Of a stretch of 64,000 nucleotides of DNA, positions 1-9,443 are shown piece after piece. The DNA is taken from contig CAWKDB010000004.1 of the NCBI GenBank assembly GCA_963848295.1, forward strand, positions 64,001 to 128,000, given 5' to 3'. The position numbers and the translations under genes are program-made. A model generated the notes under the pieces. It saw only the letters and a program-made list of their open reading frames with translations. It made no database searches and was not told where the DNA came from. The DNA is from an uncultured delta proteobacterium (GTDB taxonomy: Bacteria > Myxococcota_A > Polyangia > Haliangiales > Haliangiaceae). Positions within the stretch are counted from its first letter, which is position 1. The number at the start of each line of letters is the position of its first letter.

Positions 1-330
1 TCTGCCGATCGCGGTGCCGCCGAGGCGGTGGAGTTGTTCGTGTATCGCGGCTCGCGCGCGATCGGTTCGCTCGCCGCCGCACTCGGCGGGCTCGACGCGC
101 TCGTGTTCACCGGAGGCATCGGAGAGAACAGTGCGCCGATCCGCAGCCGCATCGTCCACCAGCTCTCCTGGCTCGGAGCCCAGATCGACGAGCGGGCTCA
201 CGCTGACGGTCGCGCGGTGTTCAGCGACGCGTTGAGCCGGGTCTCCCTCGTCGTGTTGCCGACCGACGAGGAAGCGATGATCGCTCGCCATGTCGCCGCG
301 CTGTTACGCGACGGCGACCACGCATCGTGA
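1..330 (+). CDS. ackA: Acetate/propionate kinase, C-terminal part (5' truncated by window)
   Basis: LGGLDALVFTGGIGENS and C-terminal VLPTDEEAMIARH motifs of the acetate kinase family. Confidence 0.92.
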   Translation, partial: SADRGAAEAVELFVYRGSRAIGSLAAALGGLDALVFTGGIGENSAPIRSRIVHQLSWLGAQIDERAHADGRAVFSDALSRVSLVVLPTDEEAMIARHVAALLRDGDHAS

Positions 331-377
331 TCGTCGCGCGCGATCCTCACCGTGTGCGGTGCTCGTCGTCCGCTGCG

Positions 378-806
378 TCAGAGCACCGTCCGGACCACGA
401 ACACATTGCGGTCGGCGTGATTCACGACCTTCGCGGCGGTCGTGCCAAGCAGATGATCGATTCCGCCAAAGCCATGCGAGCCGATCACGATCACGTCGGC
501 ATCGCGCGTGCGCGCCGCACGAACGATGCCATCCCATGGCGTCGCATAGTCCGTGAAGATCTCCTCTACCATGCCGTGACGGAGCGTACTCGCCAGCTGG
601 TCGAGGTCCTCGTGCGCCTTGCGCTTGAGCGCGTCATCCAGGTTCGTATCCGTCGCGGCCAGCACTTCGCGCGGAAGATCGAGCGGGACGCCGATGGCGC
701 GGAACAAGACGAGCTTCGCATCGGCGAGCTCCGCGAGCCGAGCGGCAGCGGAGAGCACGAGCCCTGCGCGGGCCGATCCATCGAGGGCGACCAGAAGGCG
801 CTTCAT
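378..806 (-). CDS. Universal stress protein (UspA family), 142 aa
   Basis: MKRLLVALDGS start and DVIVIGSHGFGG..LLGTTAAKVV ATP-binding motif; ATG at 806 chosen over the longer ORF. Confidence 0.9.
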   Translation of the reverse strand: MKRLLVALDGSARAGLVLSAAARLAELADAKLVLFRAIGVPLDLPREVLAATDTNLDDALKRKAHEDLDQLASTLRHGMVEEIFTDYATPWDGIVRAARTRDADVIVIGSHGFGGIDHLLGTTAAKVVNHADRNVFVVRTVL

Positions 807-875
807 GGCGTCACCGCATTCGCATGCTCGACCGTGTACCGAGAGACCGGCGACATCAACATGAGGGATCCGAGT

Positions 876-890
876 TGCATGGCGCGTGCC
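876..890 (-). promoter_or_regulatory. Putative sigma54 -24/-12 promoter for USP
   Basis: Minus strand GG-CACGCGCCAT-GC-A (GG-N10-GC), about 70 nt upstream of the ATG. Confidence 0.55.
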
Positions 891-940
891 CGCGCGCGCG
901 GCTCGACTCGTGTGGCACGCCGCAATGATTGCGCTTCGCT

Positions 941-979
941 CTCGGGAGCGCGCTCCGCTTGCGCGGAGTAGCCCCCGAG
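941..979. repeat. Interrupted inverted repeat/hairpin between divergent genes
   Basis: CTCGGG(941-946)/CCCGAG(974-979) outer arms and CTCCGC-TTGC-GCGGAG inner stem. Confidence 0.35.
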
Positions 980-984
980 GAGCA

Positions 985-999
985 GGAACGAACATTGCT
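985..999 (+). promoter_or_regulatory. Putative sigma54 promoter abutting start codon
   Basis: GG-AACGAACATT-GC-T; the conserved C (998) is 14 nt before ATG 1012. Confidence 0.6.
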
Positions 1000-1011
1000 C
1001 TATCGGTCCTC

Positions 1012-1683
1012 ATGAGAAACTGTCTGCCACTCGTCGCGCTCGTGGCCGGGTGCGAAGGCTTGACCCCTGCGCCTCCGCCGTCGGTCCTGCCGTCGTTGCA
1101 GGGAGTTCTGATCGTGACCGAGTCGGACCGTGCATCACCGTCGGTGATCGACCGAATCGGCGAGTCGAGCCCCGAGTGCGTGGCAGATGCCTATGGCGGC
1201 ATCGAGCTTGTCGCCGATGTCGCGCCTAACCCCGGCAAAGAGACGGTGCTCGCCTCGTTCTCCCAGGGCGTCGTCGTCCTTGCAGCGGATGGCCACCGGA
1301 TCGCGTCGACACCCGGCTTCGACTGCACGGGCTCGCAAGACGACTTGGTTGCGGTGGAGATCGTGCGGACCTCGCTCGATACTCCGGTGATCGCCGTGGC
1401 GGCCAACCAGGGCGGTCGACGCGAGAGCTCGGCATGGCTCGAGCTCCTCGCGGTGGGCAAGTCCGATCACCTCGATCGGCTATTCGTGGGTGAGATCGAG
1501 CGATACGACGAACTGGGCACGCACACGGGGGGCGTCACGATCGTCCCGGGTGGCCTCGTGTATCGACATCCGATCGATGGCGTGAGCTTGTGGAGGTACG
1601 AGGTCCCGACTCACCGATACGTCAAGTGGCGATCGATCGAGCGCCCCAAGTCACGGGACCGTCGCTCGCCGGCTATCGACTGA
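1012..1683 (+). CDS. Hypothetical lipoprotein
   Basis: MRNCLPLVALVAGC lipobox-like N-terminus, Pro-rich linker, globular-looking remainder. Confidence 0.7.
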   Translation: MRNCLPLVALVAGCEGLTPAPPPSVLPSLQGVLIVTESDRASPSVIDRIGESSPECVADAYGGIELVADVAPNPGKETVLASFSQGVVVLAADGHRIASTPGFDCTGSQDDLVAVEIVRTSLDTPVIAVAANQGGRRESSAWLELLAVGKSDHLDRLFVGEIERYDELGTHTGGVTIVPGGLVYRHPIDGVSLWRYEVPTHRYVKWRSIERPKSRDRRSPAID

Positions 1684-1700
1684 CCCGACTCGCTACGCTG

Positions 1701-2702
1701 TCATGCCGTCACGAGCACCGCGGATCCGTCGAACCGGCCGGCACGCAGATCGTCGAGAGCCTGATTTGCGTCGGCGAGCGCATACGTCGTTACCTTGGGC
1801 CTCAGGCCGACCGTCGGTGCGAGCGCGAGCAACTCCTCGGCATCGCGACGCGTCAGATTCGCGACCGATCGGATCGTCCGCTCTTCCCATAACAGACGAT
1901 ATGGGAACGACGGGATGTCACTCATGTGGATGCCCGCGCAGACAACGACGCCGCCCGGTGCGACCGATGCGAGCGCCAACGGAACGAGCTCGCCGACCGG
2001 TGCAAAGATGATCGCCGCATCGAGCGCCGCCGGCGCGCGTTCATCCGATGCGCCACTCCATGTCGCGCCGAGCTCGCGCGCGAACGTTTGCCCGCGTGTA
2101 TCGCCGGCGCGCGTGAACGCGAACACTTCGCGTCCTTGGTGGAGCGCGATCTGCGCGATCTGATGGCCGGCAGATCCGAAGCCGTAGATCCCGAGTCGCG
2201 CTCCGCTGCCGGCGAGGTGCAACGCGCGATACCCGATCACCGCACCGCACAACAGCGGCGCGGCCTCGACCGCGGTGTAGTCGGCCGGAATACGGAATGC
2301 GTAGCGCGCGTCCGCGACGCACGCGTCCGCGAAGCCGCCGTCGCGGTGATAGCCCGTGAACCGCGCCGACCGGCACAAGTTCTCGCGGCCCTCACGACAG
2401 TAGCGGCACGCTCCGCAGGTCCAGCCGAGCCACGGCACGCCGACCCGCTCGCCGACGTGGAAGGTCGTGACCTCGGCGCCGAGCGCCGTGATGGTCCCGA
2501 CGATCTGGTGGCCCGGCACGCGTGGCAGTCCGCCTTCGGCGAGCTCGCCATCGACCACGTGCAGATCAGTCCGGCACACCGCGCACGCCTCGATCGCGAT
2601 TCCGACGTCGTTCGGTCCGGGGACCGGCGTTGACCGCGCGCGCAAGACGAGCGGCCCGCCGATCCGCTCGAGCACCATGGCGCGGGATGAGCTGGTAGTC
2701 AT
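1701..2702 (-). CDS. Zinc-dependent alcohol dehydrogenase family protein
   Basis: CRTDLH, PGHQIVG, structural Zn CGACRYC..ENLC, GIYGFGSAG Rossmann motif; start supported by the sigma54 motif spacing. Confidence 0.93.
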   Translation of the reverse strand: MTTSSSRAMVLERIGGPLVLRARSTPVPGPNDVGIAIEACAVCRTDLHVVDGELAEGGLPRVPGHQIVGTITALGAEVTTFHVGERVGVPWLGWTCGACRYCREGRENLCRSARFTGYHRDGGFADACVADARYAFRIPADYTAVEAAPLLCGAVIGYRALHLAGSGARLGIYGFGSAGHQIAQIALHQGREVFAFTRAGDTRGQTFARELGATWSGASDERAPAALDAAIIFAPVGELVPLALASVAPGGVVVCAGIHMSDIPSFPYRLLWEERTIRSVANLTRRDAEELLALAPTVGLRPKVTTYALADANQALDDLRAGRFDGSAVLVTA

Positions 2703-2715
2703 GACCGTCATGAGG

Positions 2716-2730
2716 GCAAGTGATGTACCG
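2716..2730 (-). promoter_or_regulatory. Putative sigma54 promoter abutting start codon
   Basis: Minus strand C-GG-TACATCACTT-GC; the C at 2716 is 14 nt before ATG 2702. Confidence 0.6.
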
Positions 2731-2832
2731 AGCCGACCATGCAACGCGCACTCGGTCAACGTACGTTCTGCATCGCGGCATCTGCCATGCGCATATTTCG
2801 CGCGAACGCGATCGCAGCAAGCTCCCGACGAA

Positions 2833-2848
2833 TGGCTCGGGTCGTGCA
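2833..2848 (+). promoter_or_regulatory. Putative sigma54 promoter abutting start codon
   Basis: T-GG-CTCGGGTCGT-GC-A; the C at 2847 is 14 nt before ATG 2861. Confidence 0.55.
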
Positions 2849-2860
2849 GCCGCGCTCACC

Positions 2861-3097
2861 ATGGTGACGCGTGAGCGCACAGACTCGGAGATCCTCGGAC
2901 GCATCGCCTATGTCGATCCGTCGAAACAATGGGGCTATCTTCATGGCCCGCGTGGCGAGCGTGTGTACTTCCACGCGACCGCGGTGCCCGACGGGATCGC
3001 GAACCTCGCGATCGCCACCGAGGTTCATTATCGGCTTGCCGACGGCGGCGATCAGCTTTGCGCGACGCACGTTCGGCGCGAGAGGCGTGGTCGATGA
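2861..3097 (+). CDS. Cold-shock (CSD/OB-fold) domain protein, 78 aa
   Basis: WGYL and VYFH resemble RNP1/RNP2; ATGA overlap with the next gene. Confidence 0.75.
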   Translation: MVTRERTDSEILGRIAYVDPSKQWGYLHGPRGERVYFHATAVPDGIANLAIATEVHYRLADGGDQLCATHVRRERRGR

Positions 3098-5793
3098 CCG
3101 AGGAGCCGGTCGAGGTGATCCTTCGCGACGGCACGTCGATCTCGATCCGCGCCGCGCGTCCCGATGACCGGGACCGCTTGCTCGCGTTGTTCGCGCGCAT
3201 GAGCTCGACCTCTGTACGTCACCGGTTCTTTGGAGCGAAGCGCCAGCTGACCGAATCCGATCTGAGTTACCTGACAAGTGACGACACCACCGTCGCCCTG
3301 GTGGCCACGATCCGACGCGGTTCGGAGCAGACCGTTCTCGGTACCGGGCGCTACGTCGTCATTCCAAAGACACCGACGGTCGCGGAGATCGCGTTCGACG
3401 TGGGCGACGCGGACCAGGGCCGCGGGATCGGAACGCTGCTGCTCGAGCATCTCGCCCGGATCGCGCGTGGCCGGGGCATCGCGACGTTTCGCGCCGAGGT
3501 CGAGGCCGACAACGGCCAGATGCTCGAGGTGTTCGCTCGCAGTGGCTTCGCGGTGCGCGAGTCCCTCGACGAGCGCATCTTTCACGTCGACATCCCCGTG
3601 GATGACACCGAGCGCTTCCTGAGCGCCGCCGCCGCACGCGAGCGGTTCGCCGTCGCCCAGAGCTTGCGCGCCATGTTCGCACCGGCGTCTGTCGCGGTGG
3701 TCGGGGCGTCGCGGAAGCAGGGCACGATCGGCCGCGCGATTCTCGACAATCTGATCGCCGACGGCTTTCGCGGAGCGATCTATCCGGTGAACCCGAAGGC
3801 TCCGGAGCTGGGAGGACGGCGATGCTACGCCTCGATCGCCGCGATCGGCACACCCATCGATCTTGCCGTCATCGCAGTTCCGTCACCGGCGGTCGAAGCC
3901 GTCGTCCGCGAGTGTGCGGCTTCGGGTGTGCGCGGCGTGGTCGTGATCACGGCGGGTTTTGCGGAGGTCTCGGCGTCGGGACGCGCCGCCGAGCACAGGC
4001 TTCGAGCGATCGCGCGCGGCGCGGGGATGCGGATGATCGGACCGAACTGCATGGGTGTGCTCTCGACCGATCCCGCGGTTAGCCTGAACGCGACCTTCAG
4101 CCCGGTGTTTCCGCCGGCCGGCAACGTGTCGATGGCGACGCAGAGCGGTGCGCTCGGCCTCGCGATGATCGACTACGCACGCGATCTAGAGCTCGGCATC
4201 GCCGAGTTTGCATCGATCGGCAACAAGGCCGACGTCTCGGTCAACGATCTGTTGTCGTACTGGCACGATGACCCTCGGACGCGCGTCATCGCGCTCTACC
4301 TCGAGAGCTTCGGCAACCCACGCACGTTCGCGAGGCTCGCACCCGAGATCGCGCGTGAGCGGCCGATCGTGGCGGTCAAGTCAGGACGCTCCGCCGCCGG
4401 GACGCGCGCCGCGTCGAGCCACTCGGCCGCGCTCGGAAGTCTCGACGTCGGGATCGACGCGCTGTTCGCCCAGACCGGCGTGATCCGCACCGATACGCTC
4501 GAGCAGCTGTTCGATGTCGTCTCGCTGCTCTCGAGCCAACCCGTCCCTGCGGGACCGCGGATCGGCGTCGTCACGAACGCGGGTGGGCCCGGCATCCTGC
4601 TCGCCGACGCGTGCGAGGCCCACGGCCTGACGTTGCCGACGCTCGAACCCCAGACCCTCGATGCGCTTCGCGCGTTCCTGCCTGCCCAGGCCGGCTTGTC
4701 GAATCCGATCGATATGATCGCGTCGGCGCCGGCCGAACACTACGAAGCCGCGATCGACCTCGTCGGTCGCGATCCCAACGTCGACGCGGTCGTCGTGATC
4801 TACGTACCCGTGCTCGTGACCGAGCCCGAGGCCATCGCGAGCGCGATCGCGCGCGGTGCGGCGGCGGTCCCGCGCGACAAGCCGATTGCCACCGTGTTCA
4901 TGTCGTCGAAGGGCACGCCGGCCGTGCTGTCGCAGGGCACACGAGGCGCGATTCCGTCGTACAGCTTCCCCGAGAACGCGGCGCTGGCGCTCGGCGCAGC
5001 CGTTCGCTACGGGACCTGGCGCAAGCGCCCGATCGGCGCTCGGCTCGTGCTGGCGCCCGAGCAAGAACAAGCGGTGCGCACGAAGGTCCGGGCGCTGCGC
5101 GCCGGGCGCGATGACGGATGGCTGGCTTTCGACGAGATCGCAGCCCTCCTGGAGATCGTCGGCGTACGCGTCGCACCGCACCGCACCGCGATGCCCGACG
5201 CACGCGCGGCCGCGGCTGCAGCAGGACAGCTCGGCTTTCCCGTGGTGCTCAAGGCGATCGCCCCGGGCTTGATCCACAAGACCGAAGCCGGCGGGGTCGT
5301 GCTCGATCTGGTCGACGCGAACGCGGTGACGATGGCCGCAGACGCGATGCGGACACGCTTCACCGCAGACGGCCGTGTTCTCGACGGCTTCCTGATCCAA
5401 CGCGAGGTTCCACGGGGACTCGAGGCGCTCGTCGGTGTCACGAGCGATCTGTCCCTCGGGCCGCTGCTCGTCGCGGGGATCGGCGGCGTCGCAGTCGAGC
5501 TCTATAAGGATGTCGCGTTCCGGGTGACGCCGGTGACCGACGTGGATGCCTCCGCGATGCTCGATCAGCTACGCGGCCGGGCGCTGCTCGACGGCTTTCG
5601 CGGAGCGCCGGCCGCGGACCGGGCGGCGTTACTCGACGTCTTGCTTCGCATTTCGGCGCTCGTGGAGCTCGTGCCCGAGCTCGTGGAGCTCGACCTCAAC
5701 CCGGTCATCGTTCTCGAGCGCGGCGCCGGCGCGGTCGTGGTCGATGCGCGCCTACGGCTGGGAGTCGACGCAGCTTCGAGGACGGCAACATGA
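3094..5793 (+). CDS. GNAT N-acetyltransferase fused to ADP-forming acyl-CoA synthetase domains (Pat-like, GNAT N-terminal), 899 aa
   Basis: QGRGIG GNAT motif; VAVVGAS CoA-binding; GPNCMG; SIGNKAD; TNAGGPG; NPID; ATP-grasp LGFPVVLK..HKTEAGGV..ELDLNPV. Confidence 0.93.
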   Translation: MTEEPVEVILRDGTSISIRAARPDDRDRLLALFARMSSTSVRHRFFGAKRQLTESDLSYLTSDDTTVALVATIRRGSEQTVLGTGRYVVIPKTPTVAEIAFDVGDADQGRGIGTLLLEHLARIARGRGIATFRAEVEADNGQMLEVFARSGFAVRESLDERIFHVDIPVDDTERFLSAAAARERFAVAQSLRAMFAPASVAVVGASRKQGTIGRAILDNLIADGFRGAIYPVNPKAPELGGRRCYASIAAIGTPIDLAVIAVPSPAVEAVVRECAASGVRGVVVITAGFAEVSASGRAAEHRLRAIARGAGMRMIGPNCMGVLSTDPAVSLNATFSPVFPPAGNVSMATQSGALGLAMIDYARDLELGIAEFASIGNKADVSVNDLLSYWHDDPRTRVIALYLESFGNPRTFARLAPEIARERPIVAVKSGRSAAGTRAASSHSAALGSLDVGIDALFAQTGVIRTDTLEQLFDVVSLLSSQPVPAGPRIGVVTNAGGPGILLADACEAHGLTLPTLEPQTLDALRAFLPAQAGLSNPIDMIASAPAEHYEAAIDLVGRDPNVDAVVVIYVPVLVTEPEAIASAIARGAAAVPRDKPIATVFMSSKGTPAVLSQGTRGAIPSYSFPENAALALGAAVRYGTWRKRPIGARLVLAPEQEQAVRTKVRALRAGRDDGWLAFDEIAALLEIVGVRVAPHRTAMPDARAAAAAAGQLGFPVVLKAIAPGLIHKTEAGGVVLDLVDANAVTMAADAMRTRFTADGRVLDGFLIQREVPRGLEALVGVTSDLSLGPLLVAGIGGVAVELYKDVAFRVTPVTDVDASAMLDQLRGRALLDGFRGAPAADRAALLDVLLRISALVELVPELVELDLNPVIVLERGAGAVVVDARLRLGVDAASRTAT

Positions 5794-5915
5794 CTGCGAC
5801 GTCTACGGCGGCGAGCTCCGACGCTCCTCGCGTTGCGGAGGTCGACCGAGCCATGCGGAACGCGAAGAGTGCCGCACTCTTTGCGTCACGGGGCCTGCCC
5901 AGCTACCATTGCGAC

Positions 5916-6539
5916 GTGCGCAAGATTGTCGTTGTCGTGATCGCAATGTTCAGCAGCGGCGCCTTCGCGCAGGTGTCCCCGGCCAGGCTCTACGAGGCGA
6001 CGGCCGCCTCGCGGAGCCGAGATGCGGACGCGCACCGCGATGCCGTCGCACTCGGAAATCTCGGGATCTCCGACGACGGGACCACAGCTTTTGAGCTCGT
6101 GCAGCTGGAGGCGTCGCCATCAAGTCCGGCTCGCGTCGTCGTGCGCGACTCCGGACGTCGTCGTCGTCCAGCGATTTTCTGGGTCGACGTGGGCCGCAAC
6201 GCCTCGGCCCGCTTCGTCACCAACAACAACCTGTTGATCGAGTCGAGCTGCGGTTCTTCGTGCTCGATCGCCGAGCTGCGCAGCTCCAGCGGCCGGCGGC
6301 TCGCATCGCTCGAGAACGCAGATGTCTCTCCCGACAAGCGGTTTGCGGCGAGTGTCAGGATCTTGAACTTGGAAAGCGGCGAGAGCGATCTGACGGTGGT
6401 CGATCTTGCTTCCGGTCGAACGTTGAAGACCTGGAAGAAGCAGGTCGGTGTTGCGAGCTGTGCATTGCACTGGCGCGGAAGCCGTTTGGAGTCGGGCGGC
6501 TGCGACGATGCGATCCCGGTGAAGCAGTTCTCCTGGTAA
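5916..6539 (+). CDS. Hypothetical secreted protein
   Basis: GTG start followed by signal peptide RKIVVVVIAMFSSGAFA; CGSSC motif; TACCAT -10 box 6 nt upstream. Confidence 0.65.
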   Translation: MRKIVVVVIAMFSSGAFAQVSPARLYEATAASRSRDADAHRDAVALGNLGISDDGTTAFELVQLEASPSSPARVVVRDSGRRRRPAIFWVDVGRNASARFVTNNNLLIESSCGSSCSIAELRSSSGRRLASLENADVSPDKRFAASVRILNLESGESDLTVVDLASGRTLKTWKKQVGVASCALHWRGSRLESGGCDDAIPVKQFSW

Positions 6540-6559
6540 ACGCCGCCCAGCTCGCCCTC

Positions 6560-8368
6560 CTAGCGGATCGACGACCAGGCCTCGTTGGCGGCGAGCGCAC
6601 GGCCGCGATCGCGGAGCGACCGAGCGAGGTCACCGGCGGCGGCGTGGGCGAACGCGTCGACGAGCTCTGCGGCCGACGCGAAGCGCTCGTCGACTTGCTT
6701 GGCAAGGCCGATCGCGAGCACGAGCTCGAGATCTGGGGCGAGCGTGACGAGCTCCGAGGGGCGGCGCGGCGCGGTGTGGACGACGCGATAGAGCGTCTCG
6801 GCCACCTCGCGCGCGGCAAACGGCGGCTGACCGGTGAGGCCGCGGTACGCGACCGCGGTGAGCGCGTAGAGATCGGTCCGGTGATCCACGGGCGCGCCAC
6901 GCGCTTGCTCGGGGGACATGTACGACGGCGTGCCGACGACCTGGCCGGAGGTCAGCGTGTCACCGTGCTCGGCTAGTCGCGCGACACCGAAGTCGAGGAT
7001 CTTCCAGCTACCGTGATGGAGGAACAGGTTCTGCGGCTTGATATCGCGATGGATCACGCCGGCGCTGGCGGCGGCTGCAAGGCCTTCCCCGACCTGGCGC
7101 ACGAGGTCGAGGACCTTTTCGACGCCGAGCGTGCGGCGGCCGCGCAGGATCTCGGCGAGGCTCTTGCCCTCGAGTCGCTCCATCACCAGGAACGGCACCG
7201 GGTGTTCGCCGACCTCGATCACGCGGACGACGTTCGGCGAGGAGATGCCGGCGGCGGTCTTGAGCTCCCGGAAGAACCGCTGGACGTGTTGCGGGTTGCC
7301 GAGCGACGTCTGCGACAACAGCTTGATCGCGACCGGCTCGCCGGTGCGCGGGTCGGCGGCGCCGTAGACCTCTCCCATCGCGCCGCGGCCGATCACGTCG
7401 CCGAGCTCGTAGCCGGCGATCACCTGATCGCTGAACCGGCCGCGGCCCGATCGCAGCGCGCGATCGAGCTCCGCCCGGGCCTCGAGGAGCAGCGCCTCGC
7501 GCTGGGTCGCGATCCGGATCGCGCGCTCGAGCTCTCCAACCGCGAGCAGTGCCGAGCGCCGCGACATTCGCGCCGTGATGAACGTACCGGCCATCACCAT
7601 CTGGACGAGCAGTTGGATCATCCACTGGACGCGTCCAGACAGCGCAGCGCCCGAGACCAGGCCGGTATCTCGCGTCACGCCGAGGATCACGAGTCCGGCG
7701 GTCGCCGCCTGGCTGACCGCGCACACCGACCACACCGCCGCGGCGAGTCGCACGCTCGAACCGAGCCCCGTGAAGTACACCGCGAGCACGACCAGCACGG
7801 GCGCGGGCGAGAACGCGCCGAAGTAGGGGATCGCGGCGGCAACCGCGAGCGTCGGCAAGAAGAAGCCGATCATCGTGGACGGCCGGCGGTACGCGATCGG
7901 ATCCGCGGTGCGGCGATACAGAAATGCGATCCCGCCGACCGACATCAACACCGCGATGATCAGCATCGTCGCCGCGGTCTGATCGCCGGGCACGAACAAC
8001 ACCGACGCGCCCCCGATGATCACCATCGCGAGCGCGACCAAGCAGAACCAGCGCGTGCGGAGGATCTCGTCGCGCTCGAGAGCCAGGAGCGGCGAGCCTA
8101 TCGTGGTCGCGCCGCCCCGGGTGAGCGATCCCGCCGAACGCGCGCTCTGCGCCATCGAGCCCGAGGTCGAGGGGCTGATGCTCGGCGACGAGGTTGGCGA
8201 TGGGGCACGTCGCGGCGGCGTCCCGGCGGCGGACCTATCATTAGCGCGTCCGCTGACCACGGCGGAGGCCACGGGATCCGCGACGGTCTGGCGCTCCGGG
8301 TCGTCATCGCCCTCGGTCGCGAGCAGCCCCGTGGCCTCGTCGTCGGGCGCGGCCTCTTCGGTCACCAC
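6560..8368 (-). CDS. Membrane Ser/Thr protein kinase (N-terminal multi-TM region, C-terminal Hanks kinase)
   Basis: IGRGAMGEVY, VAIK, HRDIKPQN, DFG, GTPSYMSPE; about 5-6 hydrophobic helices upstream; GTG start inferred from TATCCT -10 box. Confidence 0.9.
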   Translation of the reverse strand: MVTEEAAPDDEATGLLATEGDDDPERQTVADPVASAVVSGRANDRSAAGTPPRRAPSPTSSPSISPSTSGSMAQSARSAGSLTRGGATTIGSPLLALERDEILRTRWFCLVALAMVIIGGASVLFVPGDQTAATMLIIAVLMSVGGIAFLYRRTADPIAYRRPSTMIGFFLPTLAVAAAIPYFGAFSPAPVLVVLAVYFTGLGSSVRLAAAVWSVCAVSQAATAGLVILGVTRDTGLVSGAALSGRVQWMIQLLVQMVMAGTFITARMSRRSALLAVGELERAIRIATQREALLLEARAELDRALRSGRGRFSDQVIAGYELGDVIGRGAMGEVYGAADPRTGEPVAIKLLSQTSLGNPQHVQRFFRELKTAAGISSPNVVRVIEVGEHPVPFLVMERLEGKSLAEILRGRRTLGVEKVLDLVRQVGEGLAAAASAGVIHRDIKPQNLFLHHGSWKILDFGVARLAEHGDTLTSGQVVGTPSYMSPEQARGAPVDHRTDLYALTAVAYRGLTGQPPFAAREVAETLYRVVHTAPRRPSELVTLAPDLELVLAIGLAKQVDERFASAAELVDAFAHAAAGDLARSLRDRGRALAANEAWSSIR

Positions 8369-8502
8369 CGACGAGGATAGCGCGATTACGACAGCCAGTC
8401 GCGACTGAGTACCCGATGCTCTCGGGTACGTCGAGCCCGCGTAGATCGTCGGCGCCGATGAAAAGGCGAGCGCGAGCTGGCGGTTCGCCCTGCTCCGCGG
8501 GG

Positions 8503-9396
8503 TCAGTATCCATACTTGTTCGGGATGTCGAACGCGGCGGTGATCGTATAGGTCTGGGCGTGGACCGGGTCGCCGGCCACGTTGAACGAAACGCCGGCGG
8601 CGATGCGCGTGCCGCGATCGATCGGGCTCTTGAACGGACCCAAGAAGATTTCTGGCGCGATGAACAACGCCTCGGCGGGTGTCTTCGTCGCGCCCGGAGG
8701 GAGCGCGATCGAGCCATCGAGGTAGGTCGTGCTGTTCAGCTCGACGCTCGCGTAGACCGGAAAGCTCGAATGGATCGGCGTGAGGAGGACCGAGGCATAT
8801 GCCGTCTCGAGCAGCTGTCTCGCAGACGCCCCGTGAACGAGCGGTATCAACGCTGTGACGTTGCCCTCGAACACGAGCCGGTGGAAGAAGCGCTGAGCGG
8901 CATACGCGAACGGACCGACGAAGTAGTCGCCCGCGCTGATGTCGCCATGACCGGTCGGGAAGGTTCCCATCATCCCGATCGACAGCATGTCGTCGTGCTC
9001 CAACGAGCCCGACGCCAGGTACTGGAGCAGGAGTTGAGCGTCGCCGAAGCCCGTTGGCTGCTGATCGATGCCGATCTGGAACGGCACTGCCGCCACGATG
9101 CCGAGGTGCGGCGACAGGATCAACCCGAGCTCGGCCGATGGCACGTCGGCGCTGCCCTGGTTCCCGCGGGAGTACGCGTCGAAGATCTGGGCCTGTTGCT
9201 CCAGTTGTGGCGGCGCGCCGACGATCGGGAACGGAAAGAAAAGCTGCTCCCAGGTCGTCGGCTCCGGCTCTCCATCGTCGGCCCGCGTCGTTGACGACCA
9301 GGCGATCGCCGCCAGCAAACCGACCGCGGTGCCCAGGATCCTCGGCGTCTGGCCTTGGCCGAGCGAACAAGGGAACGACCTGCGATGCGGATTCAT
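8503..9396 (-). CDS. Putative outer-membrane beta-barrel protein
   Basis: Signal-like LGTAVGLLAAIAWSSTTRA, alternating amphipathic strands, GFGD and FPTG turns, aromatic C-terminus; start uncertain (9396 has TAGTGT 5 nt upstream). Confidence 0.6.
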   Translation of the reverse strand: MNPHRRSFPCSLGQGQTPRILGTAVGLLAAIAWSSTTRADDGEPEPTTWEQLFFPFPIVGAPPQLEQQAQIFDAYSRGNQGSADVPSAELGLILSPHLGIVAAVPFQIGIDQQPTGFGDAQLLLQYLASGSLEHDDMLSIGMMGTFPTGHGDISAGDYFVGPFAYAAQRFFHRLVFEGNVTALIPLVHGASARQLLETAYASVLLTPIHSSFPVYASVELNSTTYLDGSIALPPGATKTPAEALFIAPEIFLGPFKSPIDRGTRIAAGVSFNVAGDPVHAQTYTITAAFDIPNKYGY

Positions 9397-9429
9397 CTGA
9401 AACACTAGCCTTCGTTTACGGTAGCCGTC

Positions 9430-9442
9430 TATGGTTACCATA
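9430..9442. promoter_or_regulatory. Palindromic operator candidate in the divergent promoter region
   Basis: TATGGT-T-ACCATA perfect 6-bp arms immediately before the PadR ATG. Confidence 0.5.
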
Positions 9443-9443
9443 A

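Noticed and set aside
5812..5846. Intrinsic terminator after the Pat-like gene
   Set aside because: An imperfect hairpin is present but has no U-tract, so it is not called
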